Positions 21,836 to 32,976 of a stretch of DNA of 64,000 bases are shown in pieces; position 1 is the stretch's first letter, and each line of letters opens with the position of its first letter. The DNA comes from Anaeromyxobacteraceae bacterium (GTDB lineage: Bacteria; Myxococcota; Myxococcia; Myxococcales; Anaeromyxobacteraceae), in NCBI GenBank assembly GCA_047602405.1, contig JASGHJ010000002.1:3168001-3232000 (forward strand), read 5' to 3'. The notes under the pieces were generated by a model that was not told where the DNA came from, did no database searches, and saw only the letters and a program-made list of their open reading frames with translations. The translations under genes were made by a program, and so were the position numbers.

Positions 21836-23011
21836 ATGCGCGTCGTCCACGTCACCTCGTACTTCCACCCGGCCGTCGAGTGGGGCGGCCCGGTGCGCTC
21901 CGTCGCGATGCTCGCGCAGGCCTGCGCCCGCGCGGGCGCCGACGTCGAGGTCCTCACCACGAACGCGCGCGGCGGGCCCCGGCTCCCCCGGGTCCCCCCC
22001 GGCACGCGCGAGGTCGGGGGTGTCCGCGTCACCTACGTCGAGGCGCGAGGCCCCGCACGCTTCTTCTTCTCCGCGGGCCTGCGGCGGTTGCTCGACCAGC
22101 GGGTGCCGCCGGCCGACGTCGTCCACCTGCACGGGATCTGGACCTACCCGGTGCTGGCCGCGGCCCGCGCCTGCGAGCGGCTCGGCGTGCCGTACGTGCT
22201 CTCCCCGCGGGGCTCGCTCGACCCCTGGGCGCTCGGGCAGAAGCGCTGGAAGAAGCGCGGGTACCTCTGGCTTTTCGAGCGCCGCACGCTCGAGGCCGCC
22301 GCGCTGCTCCACTTCACCTCCGAGGACGAGCGCAGGACCGCGCCGGACCCCTTCCGCTCCCTCCCCGGCATCGTGATCCCGAACTGCCTCGAGGTCGACG
22401 ACCTCCTCGGCCTCGAGCGCGAGGCCCCGGCGCCCGGACCGCCCGAGATCCTGATGCTCGGGCGGATCCACCCGATGAAGGGCTTCGACGTGATGGTCCC
22501 GGCGCTCGCGGCGCTCGCCGCGCGCGGGGTCGACGCCCGGCTCGTCGTGGCGGGCGGCGACGAGGGCGGCCACCGCGCCGAGGTGGAGGACCTCGTCCGG
22601 CGCCACGCGGTCGCGGACCGGGTGCGGTTCCTCGGCTCCGTCGAGGGGGAGGCGCGGCGCGCCGCCTTCCGCCGCGCCGGGGTGCTCGCCGCGCCGTCCC
22701 ACCGCGAGAACTTCGGCAACGCCATCGCGGAGGCGATGGCGGCGGGGCTGCCCGTCGTGGTGAGCCCGCGGGTCGGGATCGCCTCCGACGTCTTCGAGGC
22801 GGGCGCCGGCCTGGTCGTGCCGCGCGAGCCGGCCCCGCTGGCGGAGGCGCTCGCCGGCCTCCTCGCCGACGCCTCCCTCCGCGCCGAGATGGGGCGGCGC
22901 GGGCGGGAGCTCGTGCGCACCCGCTACGCGGCGCCGGCGGTCGCACGGGCCACCCTCGCCGCCTACCGCGAGATCGCGCGGCCCCGCCCGGCCCAGGAGC
23001 ACCCTACGTGA
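21836..23011 (+). CDS. GT4 glycosyltransferase
   Basis: WGGP, GRIHPMKG, ENFGNAIAEAMAAGLPVV. Confidence 0.92.
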   Translation: MRVVHVTSYFHPAVEWGGPVRSVAMLAQACARAGADVEVLTTNARGGPRLPRVPPGTREVGGVRVTYVEARGPARFFFSAGLRRLLDQRVPPADVVHLHGIWTYPVLAAARACERLGVPYVLSPRGSLDPWALGQKRWKKRGYLWLFERRTLEAAALLHFTSEDERRTAPDPFRSLPGIVIPNCLEVDDLLGLEREAPAPGPPEILMLGRIHPMKGFDVMVPALAALAARGVDARLVVAGGDEGGHRAEVEDLVRRHAVADRVRFLGSVEGEARRAAFRRAGVLAAPSHRENFGNAIAEAMAAGLPVVVSPRVGIASDVFEAGAGLVVPREPAPLAEALAGLLADASLRAEMGRRGRELVRTRYAAPAVARATLAAYREIARPRPAQEHPT

Positions 23012-24291
23012 ACGTCCTCCTCACCACCCAGGTCTTCCCTCCGGAGGCGCATCCCTCCGCCGTCATGGTCGACGAGCTCGCCCGCTTCCTCGCCGCACGG
23101 GGCCACGGGGTGACGGTCGCCTGCGGCCACCCCATCCACCCCACCGGGCGCCTCCCCGCCGGCTGGTCCCGCACGCTCCTGCGGCGCGAGCGCCGCGCGG
23201 ACGGCGTGGAGGTGGTGCGCGGGTGGCACCTCGTCACGCCGAGCCGGCGCATCGGCGCCCGGGCCGCGGTGTGGGCGTCGCAGGCGCTCGGGACGTGCGG
23301 CGCGGCGCTCGCGGCGCCGGGGCGGCCCGACGTGGTGGTGAGCTACGGCCCCCCGCTCGTCGGCCCCATCCTCTCGGGAGCCGTCGCGCGGGCGCGGGGC
23401 GCGGCGCTCGTGAGCGTGATCTACGACATCTACCCCGACGTCGCGGTCGAGACCGGGAAGGTCACGAGCCCGGCCGTGATCGGCGCGGCCCGGTGGGCCG
23501 AGCGGCTGCAGTACCGCCTCTCGGACCGCGTGCTCGTGCTGTCGGAGGGCTTCCGCCGGACGCTCTCGGCCCGGGGCGTGCCGGACGCGCGCCTGGCGGT
23601 CGTCCCCGTCTGGCTCCAGGCGGACGAGATCGTGCCGCTCGCGCGGGAGAACGCGTGGCGCGCGAGGGCGGGCATCGATCCCGGGCGCCGGGTGGTGCTC
23701 TACGCCGGGACGGTGGGCTGGGTCTCGGGGGCGCGGGTCGTGCTCGACGCGGCGGAGCGCCTCCGCGCGCGGGAGGACGTGCTGTTCCTCTTCGTCGGCG
23801 AGGGTCAGGTGAAGGACGAGCTCGAGCGGGCGGCCGGGAGGCTCCCCAACGTCCGGTTCATGCCGCTCCAGCCGCGCGCCGAGCTCGCCCAGGTCCAGGC
23901 CACGGCGGACGTCTCGCTCGTCACGCTGGCCCCCGGCCGCGGGCGCACGAGCGTGCCGAGCAAGGTCATCGGCTACCTCGCCGCCGGGCGACCGGTCGTC
24001 GCGAGCGTGGACCTCGACTCCGACACCGCGGAGGAGGTGCGCGGGGCCGGCGCCGGCGTGGTCGTGCCGCCCGGCGACGGCGCCGCCCTGGCGCGGGCGC
24101 TCGAGGGGCTGCTCGACGACGAGGGCGCGCGGGCGATCATGGGCGAGCGGGCCCGCCGGGCCTTCGAGGCGGAGCACGCCGCGGGGAGCGTGCTCGCACG
24201 CTACGCTCGCGTGCTCGAGGAGGCCGTCAGCGCGCGGGGCGAGGCGCGCGCGGCCGGGCGAGCACGCCGAGCGTCCGCGCGAGGAGCCTGG
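23008..24291 (+). CDS. GT4 glycosyltransferase (WbuB/WcaI-like); end inferred, as-read stop 24441
   Basis: TQVFPPE, DIYPD, YAGTVG, VPSKVIGYLAAGRPVV. Confidence 0.85.
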
Positions 24292-24889
24292 AATCCGTGC
24301 CCATCGAGCGCTCGTCGAGGTAGCGCCGGTACAGGGCGAGCTTCGCGGGGAGCACCGCCTCGACGTAGGCGGCCTCCGGGTCCTGCGCGCCGGCGAGCAA
24401 TGCCTCCTCGTCGCGGTACGCGATGGCGGCGTAGTCGGTGAGGCCGGGGCGCACCTCCAGGATGGGCGCGTAGGCCTCCTCGAAGCGGCGCACGAACCTC
24501 GGGAGCTCGGGCCGGGGCCCCACGAGGCTCATGTCGCCCGCGAGCACGTTCCAGAGCTGCGGGAGCTCGTCGAGCTTCGAGCGGCGCAGCCACCGGCCGG
24601 CGCGCGTCACCCTCGCGTCGCCGCCCGCCGTGACCGCCGGCCCGCCCGGCGCCTCGCGCATGGTCCGGAGCTTCAGGATCCGGAAGGGGCGCCCGCCCCG
24701 GCCGACCCGGACCTGGCGGAACAGCACCGGGCCGGGCGACGAGAGCTTCACGGCCACCGCCGCCACCGCGAGCACGGGCGACACGACGAGCAGCCCGACC
24801 ACCGCGGCGACGACGTCCAGCGAGCGCTTCGCGAACCGGTAGCCGGGACGGCCCGCCCGCGATCGCGGCTCGCTCACGTTCCCGGCCAC
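24227..24889 (-). CDS. Priming phosphoglycosyl transferase (Bac_transf)
   Basis: KRSLDV, FRILKLRTM, DELPQLWNVLAGDMSLVGPRPE, RPGLT. Confidence 0.93.
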   Translation of the reverse strand: MAGNVSEPRSRAGRPGYRFAKRSLDVVAAVVGLLVVSPVLAVAAVAVKLSSPGPVLFRQVRVGRGGRPFRILKLRTMREAPGGPAVTAGGDARVTRAGRWLRRSKLDELPQLWNVLAGDMSLVGPRPELPRFVRRFEEAYAPILEVRPGLTDYAAIAYRDEEALLAGAQDPEAAYVEAVLPAKLALYRRYLDERSMGTDSRLLARTLGVLARPRAPRPAR

Positions 24890-24927
24890 GCTGCTTACCG
24901 TAAGGCTCGCGCCCGAGGTGCGCCCGG

Positions 24928-25873
24928 ATGGACGTCGAGACCTTCGCAGAGTGGCTGCGCCGCCAGGGGCACCGGGTCACGCGCTCGGAGAGCGCCTGGT
25001 GGTTCGACCGTGGCCCGCGGGCGCTCCTCGCGTTCCCCTGGCACCGCCCGATCCGGCCGCCCCGGCGAGAGCTGCGCGCGCTCCTGCGCCAGACGCGCGC
25101 GGTCGCGCTCCGGTTCGTGGGACCCGCCGACGGGCCGGGCGGCGCGCCGGGCTACGACATCGTCCTCGACGAGCCGGGCTACGACCTCGGCAACGTCTCC
25201 CGGTCCACCCGGCCGGTCGTCAAGAAGGCGCTCGCACGCTGCGAGAATCGCGCCGATCTCGTTCGAGCGGTACGCGCGGGATGGGTGGGTCCTCGAGCGC
25301 GACACGCGGCTGCGGCAGGGGCGCCCTTCCCGCGAAGGGCAGGCCGCCTGGGAGCGGATGGCGCGGGCCGCCGACGGCCTGCCCGGCTTCGAGGTCTGGG
25401 GCGCCACCGTGGAAGGGCGCCTCGCCTCGACCCTGTTCCTCACGCGCGTGGGCGACTGCGTGACCTACCTCTCCCAGCAGTCGCTCGCGGAGCTCTGGCC
25501 CCTGCACGCGAACCACGCCCTCGCGTACGAGGTCAGCCGCGCCGCCCGGGCGCGACCGGGCGTCACGATGCTGCACTACGGCCTGCAGGGCCTCGACGCG
25601 CCGCCCTCGGTGGACGACTTCAAGTGCCACCTCGGCTTCCGCCGGCGGCCGGTGCGCTACCACGTGGACTTTCACCCCGTCGTGGCACCGTTCGTGACGC
25701 CCGCCACCCACGCGCTCCTCGCCCGCGCCCGGGACCGCTTCCGCGGCAGCGCGGTCCTCGCGAAGGGCGAGGGGCTGGCGCGGATCTACGTCGAGGCGGC
25801 GCGCGTGCCTACGCCCGTCGCAACCGTGGCGCCAGGGCCCGGAGCGCCTGCCGGACCGGATCGAGGCCCCTGA
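24928..25873 (+). CDS. GNAT/FemAB-like protein, frameshift ~25247
   Basis: MDVETFAEWLRRQGH... continues in ORF 25010-25873 as IAPISFERY...NHAL...DDFKCHLGF. Confidence 0.65.
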
Positions 25874-26855
25874 GCACGCGCCGCGCGAGGCGGGCCGCGA
25901 GCCCGCGGGCGGCGCGCACGAGGTCCAGGGGGCGGACCGCTCGCCACGAGCGGAGCACGAGGTAGGCGCCGAGCGTGAAGGGCTGGCCTCCGAGCTGCCG
26001 CTTGTAGGCCGCGTCCCCGAGCAGGAAGCGGCAGACGGTCACGCCGTGCGCCACGAGGTGCCGCGCCCCCGCGATCATGACGAGCTTGCCCGGGCTGCAC
26101 GCGGCGTAGGCGGCGTCGAAGCCGAGCATCCACGCGGTGGCCACCTCCCCGCGGCAGACGTGCACGACGCCCGCGAGGACCCGCCCTCCGGCGCGAAGCA
26201 CGGTCGCGCAGCCATGCCGGGACGCCACCGCGTGGATGCCCTCCTCGTAGAAGGCGTCGATCGCGGACTCCACGCCGCGCGCGGCCAGCCGCGCGCGGTG
26301 GAGCCGGGCGATCTCGGCGACGAGCGCGCGGGAGAGCGCTGGGCCCTCGACGGTCTCCATCGCCCAGCCCGGCGCGAGGCGATCCAGCCGCCGCTCGCAG
26401 GATCGGCACTCCCGGACGAGCTTCTTCCCGAGCACGCGATCGTACGCCTCCACCCGCGCGGGGATGGGCACCCGGAGCTCGCGGTCCTCCCGCAGGACGA
26501 GCCGCGGCCGCGTCCCCGGGCGCCGGCGGCCCGGCGCGTCGATGAGCTCGGTGCGGATCCTCACGACCTCCGGGTGGCGCTCGAAGACCGCCTCGGCGAA
26601 CGCCTCCAGGACCTCGGCCGGCGGATCGGCGTAGCGGTCGAGCAGCGCCGCCGTGCCACGGCCGTCGCGCACGAAGACGAAGGCGGCCAGCGGGGGCCCG
26701 CCCGGCGCGGCCCGGACGAAGGCGAGCTCCGGGCTGGCGGGGTGATCGAAGTGATCGATGAACGCTTTGGTACAGGCGTGGCTCCGGGTGACCGCCTCGT
26801 ACGCGGCCCACGCGTCGGGCGGGATCGGAGGCTCACGGAGCTCGACGTGGAGCAT
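25809..26855 (-). CDS. GNAT acetyltransferase (CelD/BcsL-like)
   Basis: GFDAAYAACSPGKLV...FLLGDAAYKRQLG. Confidence 0.75.
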   Translation of the reverse strand: MLHVELREPPIPPDAWAAYEAVTRSHACTKAFIDHFDHPASPELAFVRAAPGGPPLAAFVFVRDGRGTAALLDRYADPPAEVLEAFAEAVFERHPEVVRIRTELIDAPGRRRPGTRPRLVLREDRELRVPIPARVEAYDRVLGKKLVRECRSCERRLDRLAPGWAMETVEGPALSRALVAEIARLHRARLAARGVESAIDAFYEEGIHAVASRHGCATVLRAGGRVLAGVVHVCRGEVATAWMLGFDAAYAACSPGKLVMIAGARHLVAHGVTVCRFLLGDAAYKRQLGGQPFTLGAYLVLRSWRAVRPLDLVRAARGLAARLARRVLRGLDPVRQALRALAPRLRRA

Positions 26856-26966
26856 CGCGAGCCAGCGTATGCATCGCGGCTCGGCGCCGACCACCCACGG
26901 CCCGGGACGGGGAGACGGCGGCGTCGACCCGGGGACTCCCGCCCCCCGGGTCGACGCCCCGTACGG

Positions 26967-28626
26967 TCACCCGCACGTGTTCGGGGTGGTCACGGTGCTC
27001 GACGGCGCCACCACCGTCGAGGCGAAGAAGTTCGTGCACCCGCCGGCGGCGGTGAGCTGGTTGTTCTGGATGGTGATGCGCGCGAACGTGGGGGTGGCGT
27101 ACTGGGTCGTGAACTGCCGCAGGTTGATCCCGTAGCGCGGCACGTTCTTGATCACGTTGTTCGTGATGACGACGTCGGTCGTCGCGCTGCCGTAGCCGAG
27201 GATCCGGATGCCGTCGGGCATCGAGCCGGAGTGGACGGAGTTGATGGTGTTCCCGTCGATGGTGAGGTGGTCGACCGTGTCGGAGGTGAACTGGCCGTTC
27301 ACGACCAGGGACGTGTCGATGCCGGAGCCCACGTTGGTCATCACGTTGCCCGACACCGTCATGTAGTGGCTGCCGTTCTGCAGGCCGATGCCGGCCCAGG
27401 AGAGGTCGCCGTTCGAGATCCGGTTGTTGGCGATGTTGCCCAGCCGGCAGTTCTCGAGCTTCATCGCGTTGCGCTCGAAGCCGTCCCAGACGTTGTTCTC
27501 GACGTAGAGGTTGCTCGTCTGCTGGAGGACGAGCCCGTTCGCGTTCACCGCGGCGTCGCGCGAGCGGGCGTTCGTCACGGTGTTGCCCACGAACGAGAAG
27601 CCGGCAATGAAGCGCGAGGGATCGCCCGACACGTACGGCGACACCGAGAAGACGGCCTCGAAGTTGTTGTCGCGGAACACGCTGTTCGTCACCCGCACGT
27701 CCGAGACGTTGCGCGGCGCGATCGCGGCGCCGTAGACGTTCCGGAAGGTCGCGCCCTCGACGGTGAGCCCGGCGAGCGCGCCGCCGTCCATCTTCAACCC
27801 GGCGCGGTAGCTGCGCCCGGTGAAGCTGTCGTTGAAGCCGCCGGCGGGCTGGGCCGCCCGGTTGCCGTCCACGACGCAGTTCCTGAGCGTGAACCCGCCG
27901 GCCCTGACGTCGAGCGCGGGCGAGCCGTCGCCCGAGGCGAGCGCCTTGAGCTTGATCGTGGCGGCCGGCGTGCCGGTGCAGACGATGGTGGTGTTCGCGC
28001 GGTTCACCGTCACCGCGCGGACGAGGTAGGTGCCCGAGCCGGGGACGGCGACGGTGCCGTCGGCCGTCTGCGCGATGGCGGCGTTGAAGGCCGCCGTGTC
28101 GTCCACGCCGTTCGGCGCGGGCACGGTCGTGCCGGTCGGCGTGGGCGTCGGCGTCGGCGTCGGCGTCGGGGTGGGGGTCGGGGTCGGGGTCGGGGTCGTC
28201 GGCTGGAGGATGCTGGATCCAGGAGTAGTCCCGCACCCAGGCGCGGCGCTTGCTCACGGCCCACACCTTGTACGCGTTCGCGGTGCCGGGCACCGCGCCC
28301 GCCGGGGCGCGGTACGAGCCCGTCGCGCTGACGTAGCCGTACGCGGCGCTCCCGCCGACCGGGCCTCCCGGCGCGGTCGCGGTCGCGGCGGTCGTGTACC
28401 AGCTGCAGTCCGTCGCGCTGCCTCCCGTGTAGCTGCCGGCAATCTGCACCGTGCCGCCGGGCTCGACGCTCGCCACCCACAACCCGATGCTCGTCACGCC
28501 ACGGAGCGCGTCCTCCTGTGAGACGCCCGTGTCGGGCGCCGCGTCGGGCGCGTCGGCGGAGCCGCAGGCGGTGGTGATCGTGAGGCCAAGCAGGGCGGCG
28601 AGGAGGGGTAGTCGTCGGGTCGTCAT
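26967..28626 (-). CDS. Lipoprotein with (PT)n linker and right-handed parallel beta-helix domain, frameshift ~28216
   Basis: ITTAC lipobox; removing one base joins ...DYSWI to SILQPTTPTPT...VPAPNGVDDTAAFNAAI followed by Asn-rich beta-helix repeats. Confidence 0.78.
28134..28200 (-). repeat. Coding 6-bp tandem repeat (Pro-Thr linker)
   Basis: About 11 units of ACSCCS on the minus strand. Confidence 0.85.
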
Positions 28627-28841
28627 CAATCTCTTCGGTCCGGGGTGAGCGGCAGTTCACGAACCGTGATACGCACCCACCATGCTCCGGTGACGCGCGC
28701 TCACGGTGGGTCCGAAGAGAACCAGAGGAGGATGTGTGCAGGAAAGGCCCGCCGTGCGTGGTGGGGCGAGGCCACGCGGCGTCCGGGTGGCCTCACCACC
28801 CCGGCGGCGGAGGAGGCCGGCCTCGCCTCAGGCGAGGCGGC

Positions 28842-30092
28842 TCACTCGCAGGTGTTGCCGGAGTCCGTGACGTCCGTGGGCTGGACGGCGCTCCCGGTGA
28901 ACCACGCGCCGCACTGGCCCGCGCTCCGCACGCGGTTGTCGCGGATGGTGATGCGCGAGAACGTGGGCGCGGGGGCGTAGTTCACGAACTGTCGCAGGTT
29001 GATCGCGTTGCGGGGTACGCCCTCGATGTCGTTCCCCTCGATCACGAGATCGGTGGCGGCCGGGCCGTACCCGAGGAGCCGGATGCCGTCGGGCAGCCGC
29101 CCGTTCCGTATGGTCCGGATGGTGTTGCCGCGGATGGTGATCCCGCCGAGCCCGTCGGGGCGGTACTGCCCGCCCACCACGAGCGAGCTGTCGATGCCCG
29201 ACCCCGCGTCGGAGATCCGGTTCCCCTCGATCACGAGCGCGTGACCCCCGTTCTGCAGCGTGATCGCGCCGAAGCTCTGGAGGCTTCCGTTCCTGAGCTC
29301 GTTGTTCGCGATCCGGCCCTCGCGGCAGTTCTCGAGCTTCATGCCGGCCCGCTCGTACCCGTCCCAGACGTTGTCCTCGATGCGCAGCCCTCTCATCTGG
29401 TGCACGAGGAGGCCGTTCGCGTTCACGCTGCCGTGGCCCGACCCGGTGCGGGTCACGTGGTTGCCGACGAACGTGAACCCGTCGAGGAAGTGATCGGGAT
29501 CGCCGGACGGGAACGCGTTGTCCGCGAACACGGGCTCGAAGGCGTTGTCGAGGAAGGTGCTCCTCTCGACGCGGAGGTCGCGGACGTTCCGGGTGGCGAT
29601 GGCGGCGCCGTAGAGGTTCCGGAAGGTGGCCCGCTCCACCGCGAGCCCGGAGTAGGCGCCGTCGGCGCGGATCCCCGCCCGGAAGCCGCGCCCGGCGAAG
29701 CTGTCGCTCAGCCCGCCGTCCGGCTGGACGGCCCGGTTCCCATCGAGGAGGCAGCCGCTCAGCGTGAACCGGTCGGCCGCGATCTCGAGGATCGGCGCGC
29801 CGTCACCCCGCGCGAGCGCCGGGAGCTTCAGCGTCGCGGGCGGTGAGCCGGTGCAGGCGAGCGTGACGCCGGGGCGGGTGATCAGGAGCGCCCGCACGTC
29901 GTACGTGCGCGAGTCGGGGAGCACCACGCGGCCGTCCGGCGAGGCCTCGATGGCGCGCTGCAGCGCTCCGGAGTCGGACGGCGGCTCGACACGCACCGCC
30001 TCGAGGCTCGCCGCGCTCCAATCGCAGCTCGGACCGAAGGTCCACGCCGCGAGCGCCACCACGAACACCAGCGAGGCGGCGGCGAGTCGCAT
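28842..30092 (-). CDS. Secreted right-handed beta-helix protein (paralog of 26967-28626)
   Basis: Shares ATFRNxYGAAIA, VNANGL, WDGxERxxMKLENCR, PDGIRxLGYG, PTFxRITI with its neighbour. Confidence 0.8.
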   Translation of the reverse strand: MRLAAASLVFVVALAAWTFGPSCDWSAASLEAVRVEPPSDSGALQRAIEASPDGRVVLPDSRTYDVRALLITRPGVTLACTGSPPATLKLPALARGDGAPILEIAADRFTLSGCLLDGNRAVQPDGGLSDSFAGRGFRAGIRADGAYSGLAVERATFRNLYGAAIATRNVRDLRVERSTFLDNAFEPVFADNAFPSGDPDHFLDGFTFVGNHVTRTGSGHGSVNANGLLVHQMRGLRIEDNVWDGYERAGMKLENCREGRIANNELRNGSLQSFGAITLQNGGHALVIEGNRISDAGSGIDSSLVVGGQYRPDGLGGITIRGNTIRTIRNGRLPDGIRLLGYGPAATDLVIEGNDIEGVPRNAINLRQFVNYAPAPTFSRITIRDNRVRSAGQCGAWFTGSAVQPTDVTDSGNTCE

Positions 30093-30165
30093 GTCGAGAA
30101 CGTACGCGGCGATCTCCCGGACCGGCACGGCCCCGAAGGGCCCGGGATGCCCACCTTGCCCGGTG

Positions 30166-30891
30166 ATGCCCGTGGACGCGCCGCCTCGCCCGCATCCCCT
30201 GCCGCCGCTCGCCGACGCGGCGGCCCGGCGGAGGCCGTCCCGCCGGCCGGACCCACCCACGGTGAGGCTGCGCCGGGGCCGCCTGCTCGTCGCGGCGCTG
30301 CTCGAGCCCGCGGTGCGGCTGGCGGGGCTGCTCGGGCTCCTCGCCGGCCGGGAGCCCGGCCCGGTGGAGGCGCGGGTCCGCGGCGCGCTCGTCGCCGGGC
30401 CCGCCGCGCGCCTCCGCCTCGGCCGCGGGGTGGTCTTCGCCGGGCCGCCGGGGCGCTTCGTGTTCGGGCGCCGCGTCACGCTCCACGGCCGGTGCTACCT
30501 GGACGCGAACGGCCCCGGGGGCGCCGTCTTCATCGGCGAGGGCACGCACGTCGACCAGCACGGCGTGCTCTACGGCCAGGGGGGATTGCGCATCGGCGCC
30601 GACTGCGCCCTCGCGGCCGGCGTGATCGTCTACTCCCAGACCAACCAAGACGCCCTCGAGGATGGGACCCCGGTGGCGCTGCAGCCGACGGCGTACGCGG
30701 CCGTGGCCATGGGTGACGGCTGCTGGCTCGGGGCGGGGGTCCGGGTCCTCCCGGGCGTCCGGCTCGGGGACGGGGTGCACGTCGGCGCGGGTGCGGTCGT
30801 GACGCGCGATCTCGAGTCCTACACCATCGCGGTCGGCGTGCCGGCGCGCACGCTCCGGGCGCGGCCGCGCCGGGGTCGCGGGCCGGCGTGA
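30166..30891 (+). CDS. Left-handed beta-helix O-acyltransferase
   Basis: Hexapeptide repeats; MGDGCWLGAGVRVLPGVRLGDGVHVGAGAVVTRD...VGVPAR; start approximate. Confidence 0.85.
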   Translation: MPVDAPPRPHPLPPLADAAARRRPSRRPDPPTVRLRRGRLLVAALLEPAVRLAGLLGLLAGREPGPVEARVRGALVAGPAARLRLGRGVVFAGPPGRFVFGRRVTLHGRCYLDANGPGGAVFIGEGTHVDQHGVLYGQGGLRIGADCALAAGVIVYSQTNQDALEDGTPVALQPTAYAAVAMGDGCWLGAGVRVLPGVRLGDGVHVGAGAVVTRDLESYTIAVGVPARTLRARPRRGRGPA

Positions 30892-32973
30892 AGGGCGGGC
30901 GGATCACCCCGCGCGCGCTCGCGGTGGCGGGCGCCGCCGCGCTCGCCCTGGCGCTCGCGGGCGGGTACCTCGAGCTCGCCCCGCCCCGGTACACGGCGAG
31001 CGCGGTCATCCAGCTCCAGCGCGGCCCCTCCACCCTGCGCAAGGTGGAGGATTCTGGCCGAGGCGCTCGCGGAGGAGCCCCCCACCGAGCCCGAGATCGA
31101 GCACCTCCGGTCGCGCGCGCTCGCCGCGGAGGTGGTGGAGCGCCTCTCGCTCGACGTGCGCACGGCGCCCCGGACCTTCCCGCTCGTGGGCGGCGCGCTC
31201 GCCCGGCGCCACCGGGGCCCCGGGCTCGCGGCCCCGCCGCCCGGGCTCGCGCGCTTCGCCTGGGGTGGCGAGCGGCTCCGGCTCGATCGCCTCACGGTCT
31301 CGGCCGACCTCGCGGGCAGCGCGCTCCGGGTCGAGGTGCTCCCCGGGGAGCGGCTCTCGGTCGTGGCGCCCGGGGGCCTCGCGGCCGCGGGCCGGATCGG
31401 CGAGACGATCTCCGCGGCGCGGGGCGACTCCGCGTTCGCGCTGCGCGCCGTCGAGGTCGTGGCCCGTCCCGGGACCGCGTTCGACGTCACCCGCCTGAAA
31501 CCCGGCGAGGCCGAGCGCGAGCTCGGCGACCGGCTCGCCGTCACCGAGCGCGCCCGGGGCTCGGGCCTCCTCGCGGTGGGCGTGGAATGGGACGACCCCG
31601 CGCGCGCGGCCGAGATCGCGGGCGAGGTCGCGGCCGTCTACCTCCGGGGGAGCGCCGCGCGGCGCTCCGCCGAGGCGGCCCGCACGCTCGCCCTCCTCGA
31701 GGAGCGGCTGCCGCTGATCCGGGCCGAGCTCTCGGCCGACGAGGCGAGGCTCGTCGGCTACCTCGGCCAGCACCTCGCCGTCGGCCTCCCCGGCGGACTG
31801 CAGGCGGTGATCCGGCGGGGGACGGCCCTGCGCCGGGAGCTCTCCGAGGTGGCGCTCCTGCTCGCCGACGCGCGGCGCCGCTTCGGCGACGAGCACCCCG
31901 CGGTGATCGCGCTCGAGCAGCGGGCCGCGCGCATCCGGGACGGGCTCGCCGGACAGGCCTCGAGCGTGCGCGCCGTCCCCGAGGAGGGGGCGGAGTCGGT
32001 GCGGCTCGCGCGCGACGTGGAGCTGAACCAATCGCTCCTCGTGCTCGTCCTCGCCCGGGTGGAGGAGCTGCGGGTCGTCAAGGCCGGGGCCTCCGGCAAC
32101 GCACGCGTCGTGGACGCCCCCACCGTCCCCCTCGCACCGGCGACGCCCCAGCCGCTGCCGGTGCTGGCGTGCGCGCTCCTGGTCGGCCTCGCGGGCGGCC
32201 GCCTCGCCGCCTCCGCCTGGAGCGATCTCGACGATCGGGATCTCACCCCCGAACGCCTCGAGGCGCGGACCGGGCTGTCGTTCTACGGCCGCGTCCCTCG
32301 CAGCGCCGGGAAGGCGCGGACCGGAGCCCCGGTGCTGGCCCTCTCCCACCCCGGCGATCCGGCCGTGGACGCCCTGCGCGCGGTGGCGTCCGGCGTGCGG
32401 TTCGCGCTCGCGGAGGCGCCCGCGCGCGTGGTGCTCGTCACCGGCCCGCGGCCCGGGCAGGGGAAGTCCTTCGTCGCCGCCAACCTCGCCGCGCTCCTCG
32501 CCGCGCACGGGCAGCGCGTGCTCCTCGTGGACGCGGACCTGAGGCGCGGGGTCCTGCACCGGAGCTTCCGGCTCGACCGGCGGCCGGGGCTCGCCGAGGT
32601 GCTGGCGGGCGAGCTCGCCCTCGCGGACGCCGCGCGACCGGGCGGACGGCCCGGGCTCTCGCTCCTCGCGACCGGGCGGCTCCCCTCGAACCCGGCCGAG
32701 CTGCTCGGGGGCGAGCGGCTCGGCGCCGTGCTCGACGAGGCGGCGGCGGACCACGACGTGATCGTGCTCGACGCGCCGCCGGCGCTCGCGGTGACGGACG
32801 CCGCGCTCGCGGCGCGGCGCGCGGGGGTGGTGCTCCTCGTCGTCCACGAGGGCCGCACCTCGATCCGCGAGGTGGACGCCTCGCTGCGGGTCCTCGCGCG
32901 GGCCGGCGTGCGCGTGAACGGGGCGGTCCTGAACGGCGCCACCGCGCGGGCGGCGGGACGGACCGGAGGGTGA
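30888..32973 (+). CDS. Second Wzc-like co-polymerase lacking the Tyr cluster, frameshift ~31052
   Basis: PRYTASAVIQ, EIEHLRSR, Walker A GPRPGQGKS, VDADLRRG, LDAPP; ends LNGATARAAGRTGG. Confidence 0.82.
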
Positions 32974-32976
32974 GCG

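Noticed and set aside
28134..28200. CRISPR-like or non-coding repeat
   Set aside because: 6-bp coding repeat for a Pro-Thr linker; no repeat-spacer array or cas genes were seen in the window.
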